This document shows positions 52,524 through 62,602 of a stretch of 64,000 bases of DNA, piece after piece (within the stretch, counting starts at the first letter, position 1; each line of letters opens with the position of its first letter). The notes below the pieces were generated by a model. The model had not been told where the DNA came from. It made no database searches and worked only from the letters and a program-made list of their open reading frames with translations. This stretch comes from Pirellulales bacterium. GTDB taxonomy: Bacteria; Planctomycetota; Planctomycetia; Pirellulales; UBA1268. Made by a program: the position numbers and the translations under genes. The stretch covers positions 51,412 to 115,411 of the forward strand of contig JADHSL010000003.1 in NCBI GenBank assembly GCA_016776925.1, in the 5' to 3' direction.

Positions 52524-52580
52524 AATCTTTACCAACCGTCACTACTGAATACTGACGGCATTAGGTTATTTACAGAACTG

Positions 52581-53201
52581 CTACGCCGCAGTTCCTCCTT
52601 CCTCCTCAGTCTTTTTCATGGGGAGCCCCATTGCTCGCAACAGAACTCGAGCATCGTCATCACAATGAGCTGTCGTCACGAGGGTAATATTCATTCCCTG
52701 CGGACGAGTGAACTTGTCTGGATTGATTTCCGGAAAAACCATTTGCTCAGATAGGCCGAGACTGTAATTGCCGCAACCATCAAACGACGTTGCCGACAGG
52801 CCACGAAAGTCACGAACACGCGGCAACGCCAACGCGATAAGACGATCAAGAAACTCGTACATTCTACGTCCCCTCAGCGTCACTTTGCATCCAATCGGCA
52901 AATCCTCTCGTAGCTTGAATCCAGAAACAGCCTTTCTCGACAGCGTTGCCACAGGCTTCTGACCTGCTATTTGAGTAAGCGCTGCCATGGCCTCTTCAAG
53001 ATGTTTTTTCTCTGTAACTGCCGTCCCGACACCCATGTTGATTACAATCTTCTCGATCTGTGGAATCGCGTGAGGGTTCTTTTTGGAAAGCTCTTCTGCA
53101 AGTGCTGGACGGACTGTCGTGTTATAAAGTTCCTGCAGCCTTGGTGTTCCCGCGGCAGATTCACTACCAGAACCTTTTGCAGACTTTGACTTTTTTGCCA
53201 T
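52581..53201 (-). CDS. rplE: 50S ribosomal protein L5 (N-terminal Lys/Ser-rich extension).
   Basis: [25 protein letters not shown] and [15 protein letters not shown]. Confidence 0.95.
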   Translation of the reverse strand: MAKKSKSAKGSGSESAAGTPRLQELYNTTVRPALAEELSKKNPHAIPQIEKIVINMGVGTAVTEKKHLEEAMAALTQIAGQKPVATLSRKAVSGFKLREDLPIGCKVTLRGRRMYEFLDRLIALALPRVRDFRGLSATSFDGCGNYSLGLSEQMVFPEINPDKFTRPQGMNITLVTTAHCDDDARVLLRAMGLPMKKTEEEGGTAA

Positions 53202-53302
53202 TTCCGTTTCCCTTAATTCAACCGTATCGAAAAATCTTTTGTCTTACCTGTTTTTTACCGACCCCAACACTACCTACTTATCAAAAATAACTTCCGCTAC
53301 TT

Positions 53303-53638
53303 TCAACCAGCCCTTGACCGGCCGACCTCGCCCTGCTCACTACCACACTTCCGACAGACTCGTTTTTTTGATCCATCCGTCAAAGAAACACCAAGCCGCG
53401 ATGGTTTCCCACAAGCCGCACAGAAGAACAGCACGTTTGACGCATCGATTGGCATTTCTTTACTGAGTCGCCCCCCTTGGGGATTCTTCTGACTTCTTTT
53501 TATATGGCGATAGACCCGATTGACCCCTTCAACGACAAGTTTGCCGTTCGCAGAATCAACCGAAAGGACCCTTGCACGCGTGCCGCGCGAGTTACCCGAT
53601 TGAACTTCAACTGTGTCACCTGTACGAATCAACATCAA
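53303..53638 (-). CDS. rplX: 50S ribosomal protein L24.
   Basis: KOW-like [19 protein letters not shown]. The start overlaps the rplN stop (ATGA). Confidence 0.93.
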   Translation of the reverse strand: MMLIRTGDTVEVQSGNSRGTRARVLSVDSANGKLVVEGVNRVYRHIKRSQKNPQGGRLSKEMPIDASNVLFFCAACGKPSRLGVSLTDGSKKRVCRKCGSEQGEVGRSRAG

Positions 53639-54003
53639 ATTACCTCACTTGCCAGACTCACAATTTTCATGAAATTACGGTCTCGCAACTCACGGGCTAC
53701 AGCACCAAAGATTCGAGTACCCCTAGGATTTTTATCACTATCTACAATCACGCAAGCATTTGAATCAAACCGAACATAACTTCCATCTGTCCGGCGAGTC
53801 GGACTCTTACAGCGGACAATAACCGCTTTCACAACCGCCTTCTTTTTGACATCACTTCCAGGAATAACACTTTTCACGCTACAGACAATTACATCTCCAA
53901 GACCGGCGGTTCGCTTTTTGCTGCCACCGAGCACCTTGAAGCACATAACTTCTTTCGCACCTGTGTTATCAGCGACTATAAGCCGCGACTGCATCTGAAT
54001 CAT
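53635..54003 (-). CDS. rplN: 50S ribosomal protein L14.
   Basis: [28 protein letters not shown]. Confidence 0.97.
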   Translation of the reverse strand: MIQMQSRLIVADNTGAKEVMCFKVLGGSKKRTAGLGDVIVCSVKSVIPGSDVKKKAVVKAVIVRCKSPTRRTDGSYVRFDSNACVIVDSDKNPRGTRIFGAVARELRDRNFMKIVSLASEVI

Positions 54004-54389
54004 CAGTCAGCTCCCTCTTCATCAACTGCATTGCCTGCGGTCGCCTCACTAGCCTGACCTGTTGCCTTTGCTTCTTCGTCACGAACTGATGCCTCACGCA
54101 TCTCAGTAGCCCTCGCTCCAGACCGCAACGCTGCCAAGTCCACCGCTGTGCTTTTTGCGACAACCCGGACCAACTCCCAACGTTTTGTCCTGCTTCGCGG
54201 AGGGCACTCAATGATCTCAACGAGATCACCAGGTGCAGACTCTTCCGCCTCGTCGTGTACATGACAGACAGTTCGGCTATGCAAAATTCGGCCATATTTA
54301 GGATGGCGAATAATACGAGGAATCTCCACGCGTCGCGTTTTACTTGCTGCAGCACTTGTTACTGTGCCTGTTTCAACTTTTTTTGGCAT
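54003..54389 (-). CDS. rpsQ: 30S ribosomal protein S17 (about 45-aa Ala/Glu-rich C-terminal extension).
   Basis: [29 protein letters not shown]...[31 protein letters not shown]. Confidence 0.93.
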   Translation of the reverse strand: MPKKVETGTVTSAAASKTRRVEIPRIIRHPKYGRILHSRTVCHVHDEAEESAPGDLVEIIECPPRSRTKRWELVRVVAKSTAVDLAALRSGARATEMREASVRDEEAKATGQASEATAGNAVDEEGAD

Positions 54390-54486
54390 ACCTATTTGTC
54401 CTAGCGGGCTTGTACCGCTGATTACGTTTTTGTTTTTTATCGACTAAGCCACTGATGTGCTTTTCTGCCTTCTCTCAAACTTATTT

Positions 54487-54744
54487 CTACTTACTACCCA
54501 CCTTGGAAGTTGAATCACTTTCCGCACCTGCGGCTTCACCGGAAACGCCAGCTTCCCGACTCCGCTCTCCCAAAACCGTCTGGCAACGAGCAATAAGCTT
54601 CCTCTGTTTTCGCATTTCAGACGGAGCTGCCAGCTTTTCCGTCTGAGACTGAATCCGCAGACGAAACAGGGATTCAGCCGCATCCTTCCAGACAAGCCGA
54701 ATCTGCTCGTCACTCATTTCTCGTAATTCTGTTGCCTTCGTCAT
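54487..54744 (-). CDS. rpmC: 50S ribosomal protein L29 (C-terminal extension).
   Basis: TELREMSDEQIRLVWKDAAESLFRLRIQ. Position between rplP and rpsQ. Confidence 0.9.
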   Translation of the reverse strand: MTKATELREMSDEQIRLVWKDAAESLFRLRIQSQTEKLAAPSEMRKQRKLIARCQTVLGERSREAGVSGEAAGAESDSTSKVGSK

Positions 54745-54813
54745 CGCTTTATTTCTTTTCTGAACATGAGACCGTCGGACTCTTTGGACATGCCGAACTC
54801 GGATTCTCCTGAA

Positions 54814-55230
54814 CTACATTGTCCTCTTTTTGACCATTCGCACTCGCACCGGCATCTTGTGAGCAAGACGTGCAAAGCACACCTTTGCAACATCTTCAGT
54901 CACACCACCAATCTCAAACAGAACCGTCCCAGGACGAATAACTGCGGCCCAGAAATCAGGTTCGCCTTTCCCTTTACCCATTCGGGTTTCCAAAGGGATA
55001 GAAGTAATTGACTTGTGTGGAAACACGCGGATATACAGTCGTCCACCGCCCCGCAGATACTGCTGGGCGGCAATTCGGCCGGCTTCAATCGTGGCAGCAG
55101 GAAGCCACCCCGGCTGTTCGGCTTGGAGGCCGAATTCACCAAAGATGACCCTGTTTCCACGAGTCGCCTCACCTTTTATACGACCTCTTTGGCTTTTTCG
55201 GTGTTTGACCCTCTTGGGCATCAGCGGCAT
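54814..55230 (-). CDS. rplP: 50S ribosomal protein L16.
   Basis: [26 protein letters not shown] and [20 protein letters not shown]. The 5' end overlaps the rpsC 3' end. Confidence 0.95.
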   Translation of the reverse strand: MPLMPKRVKHRKSQRGRIKGEATRGNRVIFGEFGLQAEQPGWLPAATIEAGRIAAQQYLRGGGRLYIRVFPHKSITSIPLETRMGKGKGEPDFWAAVIRPGTVLFEIGGVTEDVAKVCFARLAHKMPVRVRMVKKRTM

Positions 55231-55864
55231 CGCCGTTCTCCTCGTACATCCCTTGGTTCACCCACACCTGGACACCGATGTGTCCCTGTGCTGTTGGTGC
55301 TTCACAAAACCCGTAATCAATCTTTGCTCGTAATGTTGACAGTGGCACGGACCCCGCAATGCTTTTCTCGCATCGCGACATTTCAGCTCCACCCAGTCTG
55401 CCTGCCAACTGAATTTTGACGCCTTTCGCGCCAGCATCCATTGTGGACTCAATTGTTCGTTTCAATGTTCTTCGAAAGGCAGCCCGCTTCACCAACTGAT
55501 CTGCAATATCTTCCGCGACAAGCTGCGCCTGAATTTCAGGCCGCGTAATCTCTTCAACCTTGAGATTTACTCTTCGGCCGAGCAGTGCCTGCAACTCATC
55601 CTGCAAGCGATCAACCTCCTGGCCTTTTCGACCAATGATCACGCCTGGGCGAGCAGAATGCAGAATAACCTTCACCTCGTCCCGCGTTCGCTCAATTTCC
55701 ACCTTCGCGATAGCTGCTGAACGATACTTCTTTTTCATAAAGCTGCGAACTTTAAAGTCTTCGAGCAGCAAGCCTCGAAACTCTTTTTTGGGCGCATACC
55801 AACGACTCTTCCACGGCTCAGTAATGCCGGTACGGAATCCAGTTGGATTTACTTTTTGACCCAT
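55169..55864 (-). CDS. rpsC: 30S ribosomal protein S3.
   Basis: [14 protein letters not shown] and a KH domain. Basic C-terminal tail. Confidence 0.96.
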   Translation of the reverse strand: MGQKVNPTGFRTGITEPWKSRWYAPKKEFRGLLLEDFKVRSFMKKKYRSAAIAKVEIERTRDEVKVILHSARPGVIIGRKGQEVDRLQDELQALLGRRVNLKVEEITRPEIQAQLVAEDIADQLVKRAAFRRTLKRTIESTMDAGAKGVKIQLAGRLGGAEMSRCEKSIAGSVPLSTLRAKIDYGFCEAPTAQGHIGVQVWVNQGMYEENGDAADAQEGQTPKKPKRSYKR

Positions 55865-55911
55865 TTGCTTTTCCCTTTTGTGTTTTCCGAGTGACCAGTC
55901 AACGACCGTGG

Positions 55912-56298
55912 CTATTCCTCTGTTGCTGTCTCACCAGAGGTTTGGCTGCCGTCGGAACTTGCCACGGCAACAGTGTCCAGTGAAACCTTAATGTGTGACA
56001 TCCTTTTCTTGATTTCGTAGGCCATGCCACGAGCTCTTGGCTGATACCGCTTAAACATCGGACCACCATCGATTCGTGCATCAACCACGACAAGATCATC
56101 GACCCCGGGAGCCTGCTGATGCTCAGCATTCCCAAGTGCACTTTTGATAACTTTCTCCAGCATCCGAGCGCCACGGTGTGGCTGGAATCGCAGGATATCC
56201 AATGCCTCGTCTGCAAACTTGCCCCGAACAAGGCTAGCGAGATGCCGCACCTTACGGGCACTGATTCGGGCGTATTTGTGCGTTGCTGTATAGGCCAT
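55912..56298 (-). CDS. rplV: 50S ribosomal protein L22.
   Basis: [30 protein letters not shown] 56298 is used because the longer track ORF overlaps rpsS. Confidence 0.93.
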   Translation of the reverse strand: MAYTATHKYARISARKVRHLASLVRGKFADEALDILRFQPHRGARMLEKVIKSALGNAEHQQAPGVDDLVVVDARIDGGPMFKRYQPRARGMAYEIKKRMSHIKVSLDTVAVASSDGSQTSGETATEE

Positions 56299-56311
56299 TG
56301 AATACCTCGAT

Positions 56312-56578
56312 CTACTTTCCCTTCCCGCCATGACCCCGGAAGGTACGGCTGGGTGAAAACTCTCCAAGCTTGTGACCGACCATGTCTTCTGTCACAAACA
56401 CCTTCAGGTGCTGCTTGCCATTATGAACCATGAAGGTCAGCCCAATAAATTCTGGCACAATCGTACAAGCACGTGCCCATGTCTTGATCGGATCACGATC
56501 TCCACCAGACAGTTGCTTCTCAACTTTTTCATAAAGCCGAGGATCAACAAATGGTCCTTTTTTCGAACTGCGTCCCAT
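56312..56578 (-). CDS. rpsS: 30S ribosomal protein S19.
   Basis: [12 protein letters not shown] and [18 protein letters not shown]. Confidence 0.97.
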   Translation of the reverse strand: MGRSSKKGPFVDPRLYEKVEKQLSGGDRDPIKTWARACTIVPEFIGLTFMVHNGKQHLKVFVTEDMVGHKLGEFSPSRTFRGHGGKGK

Positions 56579-56657
56579 GAACTACCTTCCAGTTGCCTAA
56601 TTCACACGTAAGTGTTTTTGCTTTTCTTGTCTGTTCCTGAAAATTTCTTTATTTCTT

Positions 56658-57515
56658 CTACTTCACCCGTATCTGCCCGTACCGCTTACTCTTCCGGCGA
56701 CGGATAATTGATGCACCCGATGGCTTCCGAGGCTTCCTCGTTCCACCACCCTTTGCACTTTTACCTGTCGGACTTACAGGATGACGACCACCTTTTGTTC
56801 TTCCTTCACCACCGCCATGCGGATGATCAATTGGGTTCATTGCCGTGCCACGAACATGGGGTCGCCTGCCGAGCCAGCGGCTTCGGCCAGCTTTCCCAAG
56901 CCGGACCTTCATATGCTCTGAGTTACCAATAGCACCAACAGTTGCACGGCAAGCTGCCGGAACACGACGGATTTCACCGGACGGCAGAGAGATCTGAGCC
57001 CAACCAGCTTCGCGGGCCATAAGTGTGGCTGATGTTCCAGCCGACCTACAAAGCCGACCACCACGGCCAGGCTGAAGCTCAATATTATGAATTGTGGTAC
57101 TCAGGGGAATTGCCGACAGAGGCAACGAATTGCCAACTTCCGGACTTGCATCCGCGCCACTTACAACCGTACCGCCAACCTCAAGCCCATCGGGGGATAA
57201 AATGAATCGTTTTTCACCATCAACATAGTGAATAAGAGCTATGCGGCATGTTCGATTTGGGTCGTATTGAACAGAGTGAACCTTGCCAGGAATACCATCT
57301 TTATTACGGCGAAAATCAATGAGGCGGTAATGCTGCATGTGGCCACCACCCCGATGACGCGATGTAATTTTTCCTTGATTGTTCCGGCCACCCGTTTTTT
57401 TCTTTCGTACTCGTAAGCTCTTTGGAGCATCGGCACCAGGGGTCAATTCAGCAAAGTCCGACACGCTCGCGGTGCGGCGTCCGGCACTTGTCGGTTTGTA
57501 AATTCGAATTCCCAT
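56658..57515 (-). CDS. rplB: 50S ribosomal protein L2.
   Basis: [14 protein letters not shown] and [18 protein letters not shown]. Confidence 0.97.
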   Translation of the reverse strand: MGIRIYKPTSAGRRTASVSDFAELTPGADAPKSLRVRKKKTGGRNNQGKITSRHRGGGHMQHYRLIDFRRNKDGIPGKVHSVQYDPNRTCRIALIHYVDGEKRFILSPDGLEVGGTVVSGADASPEVGNSLPLSAIPLSTTIHNIELQPGRGGRLCRSAGTSATLMAREAGWAQISLPSGEIRRVPAACRATVGAIGNSEHMKVRLGKAGRSRWLGRRPHVRGTAMNPIDHPHGGGEGRTKGGRHPVSPTGKSAKGGGTRKPRKPSGASIIRRRKSKRYGQIRVK

Positions 57516-57580
57516 TGGTCAATACTTTCCGTCGCTATGTTCTTTTATCAATCTGTCCACAGAATCGTTGTGGCAAAACG

Positions 57581-57901
57581 CTAGAAGAGCGTAATCTTGT
57601 CCTCTGCATTGAGCGTCACTATTGCTTTTTTCCATGGCTTTGTGCTCCCTCGTCGCATCCGACTGCGACGCATCTTCCCAAGCCTATTTTGCACTGCCAC
57701 CTTACTGACTCGCACCTGAAACAATTCTTCAATCGCATGGCGGATATCCGCCTTACTTGCTGCCGTCGCCACTTCAAACGCATACGCATTGTTGCGATTC
57801 GCACGATGCATACCCTTCTCTGTCACCAACGGCCGAACAATGACCTGATGGGGTGCTAGATTAGGATTGAGCTTTGGTGCTGGAGGGATAGGGACAGCCA
57901 T
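57581..57901 (-). CDS. rplW: 50S ribosomal protein L23.
   Basis: VIVRPLVTEKG...YAFEVATAASKADIRHAIEELFQVRVSKV. Confidence 0.93.
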   Translation of the reverse strand: MAVPIPPAPKLNPNLAPHQVIVRPLVTEKGMHRANRNNAYAFEVATAASKADIRHAIEELFQVRVSKVAVQNRLGKMRRSRMRRGSTKPWKKAIVTLNAEDKITLF

Positions 57902-57904
57902 GTT

Positions 57905-58642
57905 TTACGCTTCTCCTTCTTGCTGGCCTTGAGACGCCGTACGGCTCCGAGCAGAAGCTTTCGCACTCTTGCGGCCGCCTTGCTTGCGAGCAGACCTTGT
58001 TCGGCTGGTCTCACGAAGTCGTTTGGTCTCTTCCCGAAACGCATCTATTGCAGCAGTGGTCATCACAATCGCTCGTGGCTGGAGAATTGACAAAGCGTTC
58101 AGTTCAGCAACGGGGGAAACCGTAACGCCCTGAATATTTCGTGCACTCTTCCACAGATTACCGTCATGGGCATCCGAAGAAATCAGAACGGTTTTACCAG
58201 CCATACCCAACGAATTGAGTGTCGCCACCATTGAACTCGTCTTGGGAGAATCAAACTCCAAGCCCTCAACGAGCGTCACTTCTTCGTCTGCAAGACGAGC
58301 CGCTAATGCCATTCGGGTCGCTGACTGAAGTGCCTTCCGAGGCATCCTCCAACTAAAATCTCGCGGGCGTTTTGCAAATATATGCCCACCGCCACGGCGA
58401 ACACCACTTCTTTTCGAACCAGCGCGAGCGTTTCCGGTGCCCTTCTGGCGATACATTTTTTTTGTTGTGCCAGAAACCTCTCCTCGACTCTTTGTACGAA
58501 AGGTACCTTGTCGCAGATTGGCCTGATACATCACGACTGCGTCGTGCAACAATTGCTTATTGATTTTGGGAGATAGCTCTGACGGGTCGATCTCGTACTT
58601 GCCAACCTGTTTTCCAGCTGCGTTGTAGACAGTGAGGTTCAT
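57905..58642 (-). CDS. rplD: 50S ribosomal protein L4 (basic C-terminal extension).
   Basis: RQGTFRTKSRGEVSGTTKKMYRQKGTGNARAGS. The start overlaps the rplC stop. Confidence 0.94.
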   Translation of the reverse strand: MNLTVYNAAGKQVGKYEIDPSELSPKINKQLLHDAVVMYQANLRQGTFRTKSRGEVSGTTKKMYRQKGTGNARAGSKRSGVRRGGGHIFAKRPRDFSWRMPRKALQSATRMALAARLADEEVTLVEGLEFDSPKTSSMVATLNSLGMAGKTVLISSDAHDGNLWKSARNIQGVTVSPVAELNALSILQPRAIVMTTAAIDAFREETKRLRETSRTRSARKQGGRKSAKASARSRTASQGQQEGEA

Positions 58643-59466
58643 TTTGCACCCTTCTTCTTCGAAGTAGGCGTTCCTACTCCACCAGAACGCTTTACTTTGT
58701 TGGTTTGCCGAACAACGACATAACCACCGTTCGGCCCAGGCACTGCGCCACGCACCACCAGAAGATTTTGATCATTGTCGATATCTACAAGACGAAGATT
58801 TCTCATCGTGGACCGCTCATTCCCAAAGCGTCCAGCCATCTTCTTACCCTTGAAGAGACGACCAGGTGACTGACACATCCCAGTACCACCCTGATGTCGA
58901 TGCACTTTCTTCACGCCATGAGTTGCTCGCTGCCCACTAAAACCATGACGCTTCATAACACCGGCAGTCCCCCGGCCTTTTGACACGCCAATGACATCAA
59001 CGGCATCACACCCTTCAAACACTGCAACTGTGATTTTCTGGCCCACCTGAGCCTTTGTTTCACCACGAAACTCTCTAACAAACCGCTGTGGTTCACAGTC
59101 CGCCTTGGCCACCATTTCGATCCCGGCATGACTTCGTTTCTTCGCACGCTTACTTTCAAGCTTGACAACTTGACCACGCACGGAACGACTTGCCAGGCGA
59201 CGGGGCTTGTCTCTGTATCCAACCTGAATGGCGTCGTAACCATCTCGACCAGCAGAACGGGACAAAAGCACTGTGCAGGGGCCTGCCTCAATAACGGTTA
59301 CTGGAACTACTGTACCGTCGTCATCAAAAATTTGGGTCATCCCAATCTTACGACCCAGAAGACCTTTTCGCTCCATTTCTACAGGCTCAGATGCCGCAAT
59401 TGCTGCAGGCACGTCGCTTTCCGACTGGCTTTCAGGCGTTTCGTCTTTTTGATCTTCTGCAGCCAT
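58639..59466 (-). CDS. rplC: 50S ribosomal protein L3. Either it has an acidic 30-aa N-terminal extension or it starts at 59376.
   Basis: KGLLGRKIGMTQIFDDDGTVVPVTVIE and GFSGQRATHG. ATG 59466 gives 275 aa. The conserved core begins at MERKGLLGRK (ATG 59376). Confidence 0.93.
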   Translation of the reverse strand: MAAEDQKDETPESQSESDVPAAIAASEPVEMERKGLLGRKIGMTQIFDDDGTVVPVTVIEAGPCTVLLSRSAGRDGYDAIQVGYRDKPRRLASRSVRGQVVKLESKRAKKRSHAGIEMVAKADCEPQRFVREFRGETKAQVGQKITVAVFEGCDAVDVIGVSKGRGTAGVMKRHGFSGQRATHGVKKVHRHQGGTGMCQSPGRLFKGKKMAGRFGNERSTMRNLRLVDIDNDQNLLVVRGAVPGPNGGYVVVRQTNKVKRSGGVGTPTSKKKGAK

Positions 59467-59668
59467 ATTTTTTCGCTAATGAACGCTTTGTCAGCCAAAG
59501 CTGACAAAGCATTTACCGTCACACCTGAAGCCTCGTAGCTGCGGGAGAAGTCGTTCCCTCCGACCCTTACCCGCGAAGCCTTCCAAGCATGAACTATGCG
59601 CTCCTAGTTTGCGTTTTCTTTACCCTTGAAACCCGCAGGTTTCACTTTCATTCTCGAACCTCGACGAA

Positions 59669-59995
59669 TTATGCCGACGAGGCCTTAATCTTGATATCTA
59701 CACCTGCTGGGAGGCTCAGTTTGTTAAGAGCCTCAATCGTCTTGGCCGTGGCCTGAACAATATCTACAACTCGCTTATGCGTGCGAATTTCGTACTGTTG
59801 GCGAGCCTTCTTATCGACATGCGGGCCCGAAAGCACCGTGTACCGTTCAATTCGTGTTGGAAGTGGTATTGGTCCGTGCACCTCGGAGTTGGTTCGCTTG
59901 GCCGTATCAACGATCTCGGCCGCACTCTGATCGAGTACAGCATGGTCGTACGCTTCCATACGAATGCGAATTATTTCCTGCGTCGACGCAGCCAC
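59669..59995 (-). CDS. rpsJ: 30S ribosomal protein S10.
   Basis: [27 protein letters not shown]...GPIPLPT...[21 protein letters not shown] start. Confidence 0.95.
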   Translation of the reverse strand: MAASTQEIIRIRMEAYDHAVLDQSAAEIVDTAKRTNSEVHGPIPLPTRIERYTVLSGPHVDKKARQQYEIRTHKRVVDIVQATAKTIEALNKLSLPAGVDIKIKASSA

Positions 59996-60111
59996 GGCAA
60001 AACTCCAATTCCACTTTCTCTAAATACTGTCATGACAACTGCTCTGAGAACGCCGCCATAGTGCTCACTGAAATGTGAGTACGTGACGCCGACAGGACTG
60101 TCGCCAGGACT

Positions 60112-60132
60112 AAAAAAAGCCGTCGAAACGGC
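60112..60132 (-). terminator. Rho-independent terminator downstream of fusA.
   Basis: The minus strand reads GCCGU-UUCG-ACGGC followed by UUUUUUU. This is a 5-bp GC-rich stem, a UUCG tetraloop and a 7-U tail, 138 nt after the fusA stop and about 115 nt before the rpsJ start. Confidence 0.7.
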
Positions 60133-60269
60133 AAACTCCACCTCGGCCGAACCCAATGAGGAACCGGGGGCCGTCTATGGAGGAACCTCGAAATGTAAGA
60201 CCGCAGGCTAGAGATGTCAACACACCAGCCTGTTTTTCGGAGTATTCTGTGCCCCTCCGGTCCATCTGG

Positions 60270-62381
60270 TCAGACAAACGACTCAGCCGTTTCCGCAGAT
60301 GCCGGTCCGTACTTCAACGGAACCATCGTGAAGCTTGCCCTACCCTGACTCACACTTCGAACGGCCGCTGAGTAACCAAACATCCCGGCAAGTGGGGCTT
60401 CGGCCGTCAGAACGTTCATGCCACTCCGAATTTCAGTCGCTGTAATAATTGCCCGACGCTGCTGCAAATCATTTATCACGTCACCCAAATGCTCTTCTGG
60501 CACGCTGACCTCAATCCGCATGACAGGCTCCAAAAGAACTGTCCCAGCCGTTTCGAGCATCCGCTCGATACCATCAGCAGCGGCAATTCGAATGGCGACA
60601 TCTGTTGGGAGTGGCTCCGGAACTGACGTTTCTCGCACTACAATCCGCACGCCCCAGAGCGGACACCCCTTCAGCCCCCCTCTCTCAGCACTTTCTCGCA
60701 CAGATTCAGTCATTATTCGAGCAACTTCAGCAAGCTGCTCCGACTCGGGAAACCAGCCCTGCTCGACAGTCACGCCAGACTGTTCGCCTGTCGGCTCAGC
60801 AGCAAGCGCGACCGTAGCCTCGAGCGTCTGCCCAGCCACCTGACGATTGGATTCACCCTGCACTTGCACTGGTTTTGCAAGCGTTTCCTTATAACTCACC
60901 CGAGGCTTATGAACCCGACAATGCAGATTGAATTCTCGTTCAAGCCGATGACGAATGACCTCGAGATGCAATTCACCCATTCCAGATATCAGTGTCTGCC
61001 CAGTTTCGTCGCTCTCAATTGCCCGGAACGTGGGATCTTGTCGCTTCATCATTTCAAGTGTCTCGGAGAGTTTTTTTCTCTCAAGACTCGTCTCCGGCTC
61101 AATCGCCATTGAAATAACTGTTTCTGGAAATTCAATTGACTCCAGCACGATTGGAGCCTGAGCATCACAAAGCGTGTCACCTGTTACGCTTTGCCGTGGA
61201 CCAATGACTCCGATAATGTCCCCCGCTGAACAGGACGACACCTGTTCCCGGCGATCAGCCTGAACGTGCCATAGTTGTGCTACGTTTTCTTTCTTCTGCC
61301 GCTCAGGATTCCACGCTCTGCTTCCAGCCCTCAGCGTCCCCGAATAAACCCGGACAAACGCAATATCCCCATGCTTTTCAGCAAGAATCTTAAAAACCAA
61401 TCCACAGAAAGGGACATCTGGATCTGGAGGCCGTTGTATCGTAACTGGCTCTTTCTTTTTTGGATCAAGCCCCTCCACGGGAGGCACATCCGCTGGACTC
61501 GGCAAATACCAGGTAACGGCATCCAAGACAGGCTGGACGCCAATACAATCAAGTGCGGACCCAGCAAAAACGGGGATAACCTTGCGTTCAAGCGTGGCTT
61601 TCCGGACAGTCTCTCGCATCAACTCGACTGGTATCGCCGCCTCAGCAATCGCAAGTTCGGCCAACTCATCAGAGTAATCAAACAAGGTCGAAACAAGCTG
61701 CTCCCTCCACGTGGCGGCCTCAGCTTCAAGTTCTGCCGGAATACTACTTCGTATTGGCTCAACAGCCGCGGCCGCACCGCTAAGCACCTCCTCTTTGGGT
61801 GGAAACGTGACTGCTTCCATGGTAATTAAGTCAATCACGCCTCGAAACGGATCAGCCACATGCGGCGGACCGATTCCCACGGGGATTTGCAACAAAAGCG
61901 GTTCGGCCTTAAGCCGCTCTCGAATTTGATCGACTGTCCCAAAAAAACTCGCCCCCTCTCGATCAAGTTTATTGACAAGCACCATTCGTGGTACCGCATA
62001 TCGGTCTGCCTGCCGCCAAACAGTTTCACTCTGTGCCTCAACACCTTCGCGGGCTGAAAGCACAACAACTGCGCCGTCGAGAACACGAAGACTTCGCTCA
62101 ACTTCAGCTGTGAAATCCACATGGCCAGGTGTGTCAATCAGATTCACAACAGTATCTCGCCATGGAAAAGAAACAGCAGCAGAGTAGATGGTAATACCCC
62201 GCTCTTGTTCTTCTGGGTCAAAATCTGTCACGGTTGTGCCATGATCTACATCTCCCAATCTGTGGATTGCTTTTGTGAAAAAAAGCATTCGCTCAGTAAG
62301 AGTTGTCTTGCCAGCATCGATGTGAGCAATGATGCCAATATTCCTGATCTTCTGGATCGATTTACTAGGGACACGAGGCAT
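60270..62381 (-). CDS. fusA: Elongation factor G family GTPase (divergent G-domain motifs).
   Basis: IRNIGIIAHIDAGKTTLTERMLF, DPEEQERGITIYSAAVSFPW, DTPGHVDFTAEVERSLRVLDGAV and LVNKLDR. Five-domain length of 703 aa. Confidence 0.88.
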   Translation of the reverse strand: MPRVPSKSIQKIRNIGIIAHIDAGKTTLTERMLFFTKAIHRLGDVDHGTTVTDFDPEEQERGITIYSAAVSFPWRDTVVNLIDTPGHVDFTAEVERSLRVLDGAVVVLSAREGVEAQSETVWRQADRYAVPRMVLVNKLDREGASFFGTVDQIRERLKAEPLLLQIPVGIGPPHVADPFRGVIDLITMEAVTFPPKEEVLSGAAAAVEPIRSSIPAELEAEAATWREQLVSTLFDYSDELAELAIAEAAIPVELMRETVRKATLERKVIPVFAGSALDCIGVQPVLDAVTWYLPSPADVPPVEGLDPKKKEPVTIQRPPDPDVPFCGLVFKILAEKHGDIAFVRVYSGTLRAGSRAWNPERQKKENVAQLWHVQADRREQVSSCSAGDIIGVIGPRQSVTGDTLCDAQAPIVLESIEFPETVISMAIEPETSLERKKLSETLEMMKRQDPTFRAIESDETGQTLISGMGELHLEVIRHRLEREFNLHCRVHKPRVSYKETLAKPVQVQGESNRQVAGQTLEATVALAAEPTGEQSGVTVEQGWFPESEQLAEVARIMTESVRESAERGGLKGCPLWGVRIVVRETSVPEPLPTDVAIRIAAADGIERMLETAGTVLLEPVMRIEVSVPEEHLGDVINDLQQRRAIITATEIRSGMNVLTAEAPLAGMFGYSAAVRSVSQGRASFTMVPLKYGPASAETAESFV

Positions 62382-62602
62382 ATGAATGACGTGTTTGTTT
62401 GCTAAGAGGGAATGAGGGTCATGAGAAATAGAACACTATAGACTGGTTAGTTACGCTACATTTCAAGATTCAAGAACGTGTATTTAATTTTAAAAAGCAG
62501 TGCTCGAAGGTAACAAGAAAAGCAGTCACTTTGCGACAAGTCTAACGACCGAGGCCAAACTTTGCGTCCAACTTTTGAGAATAGCGGGCTCGAGATAGCC
62601 AT

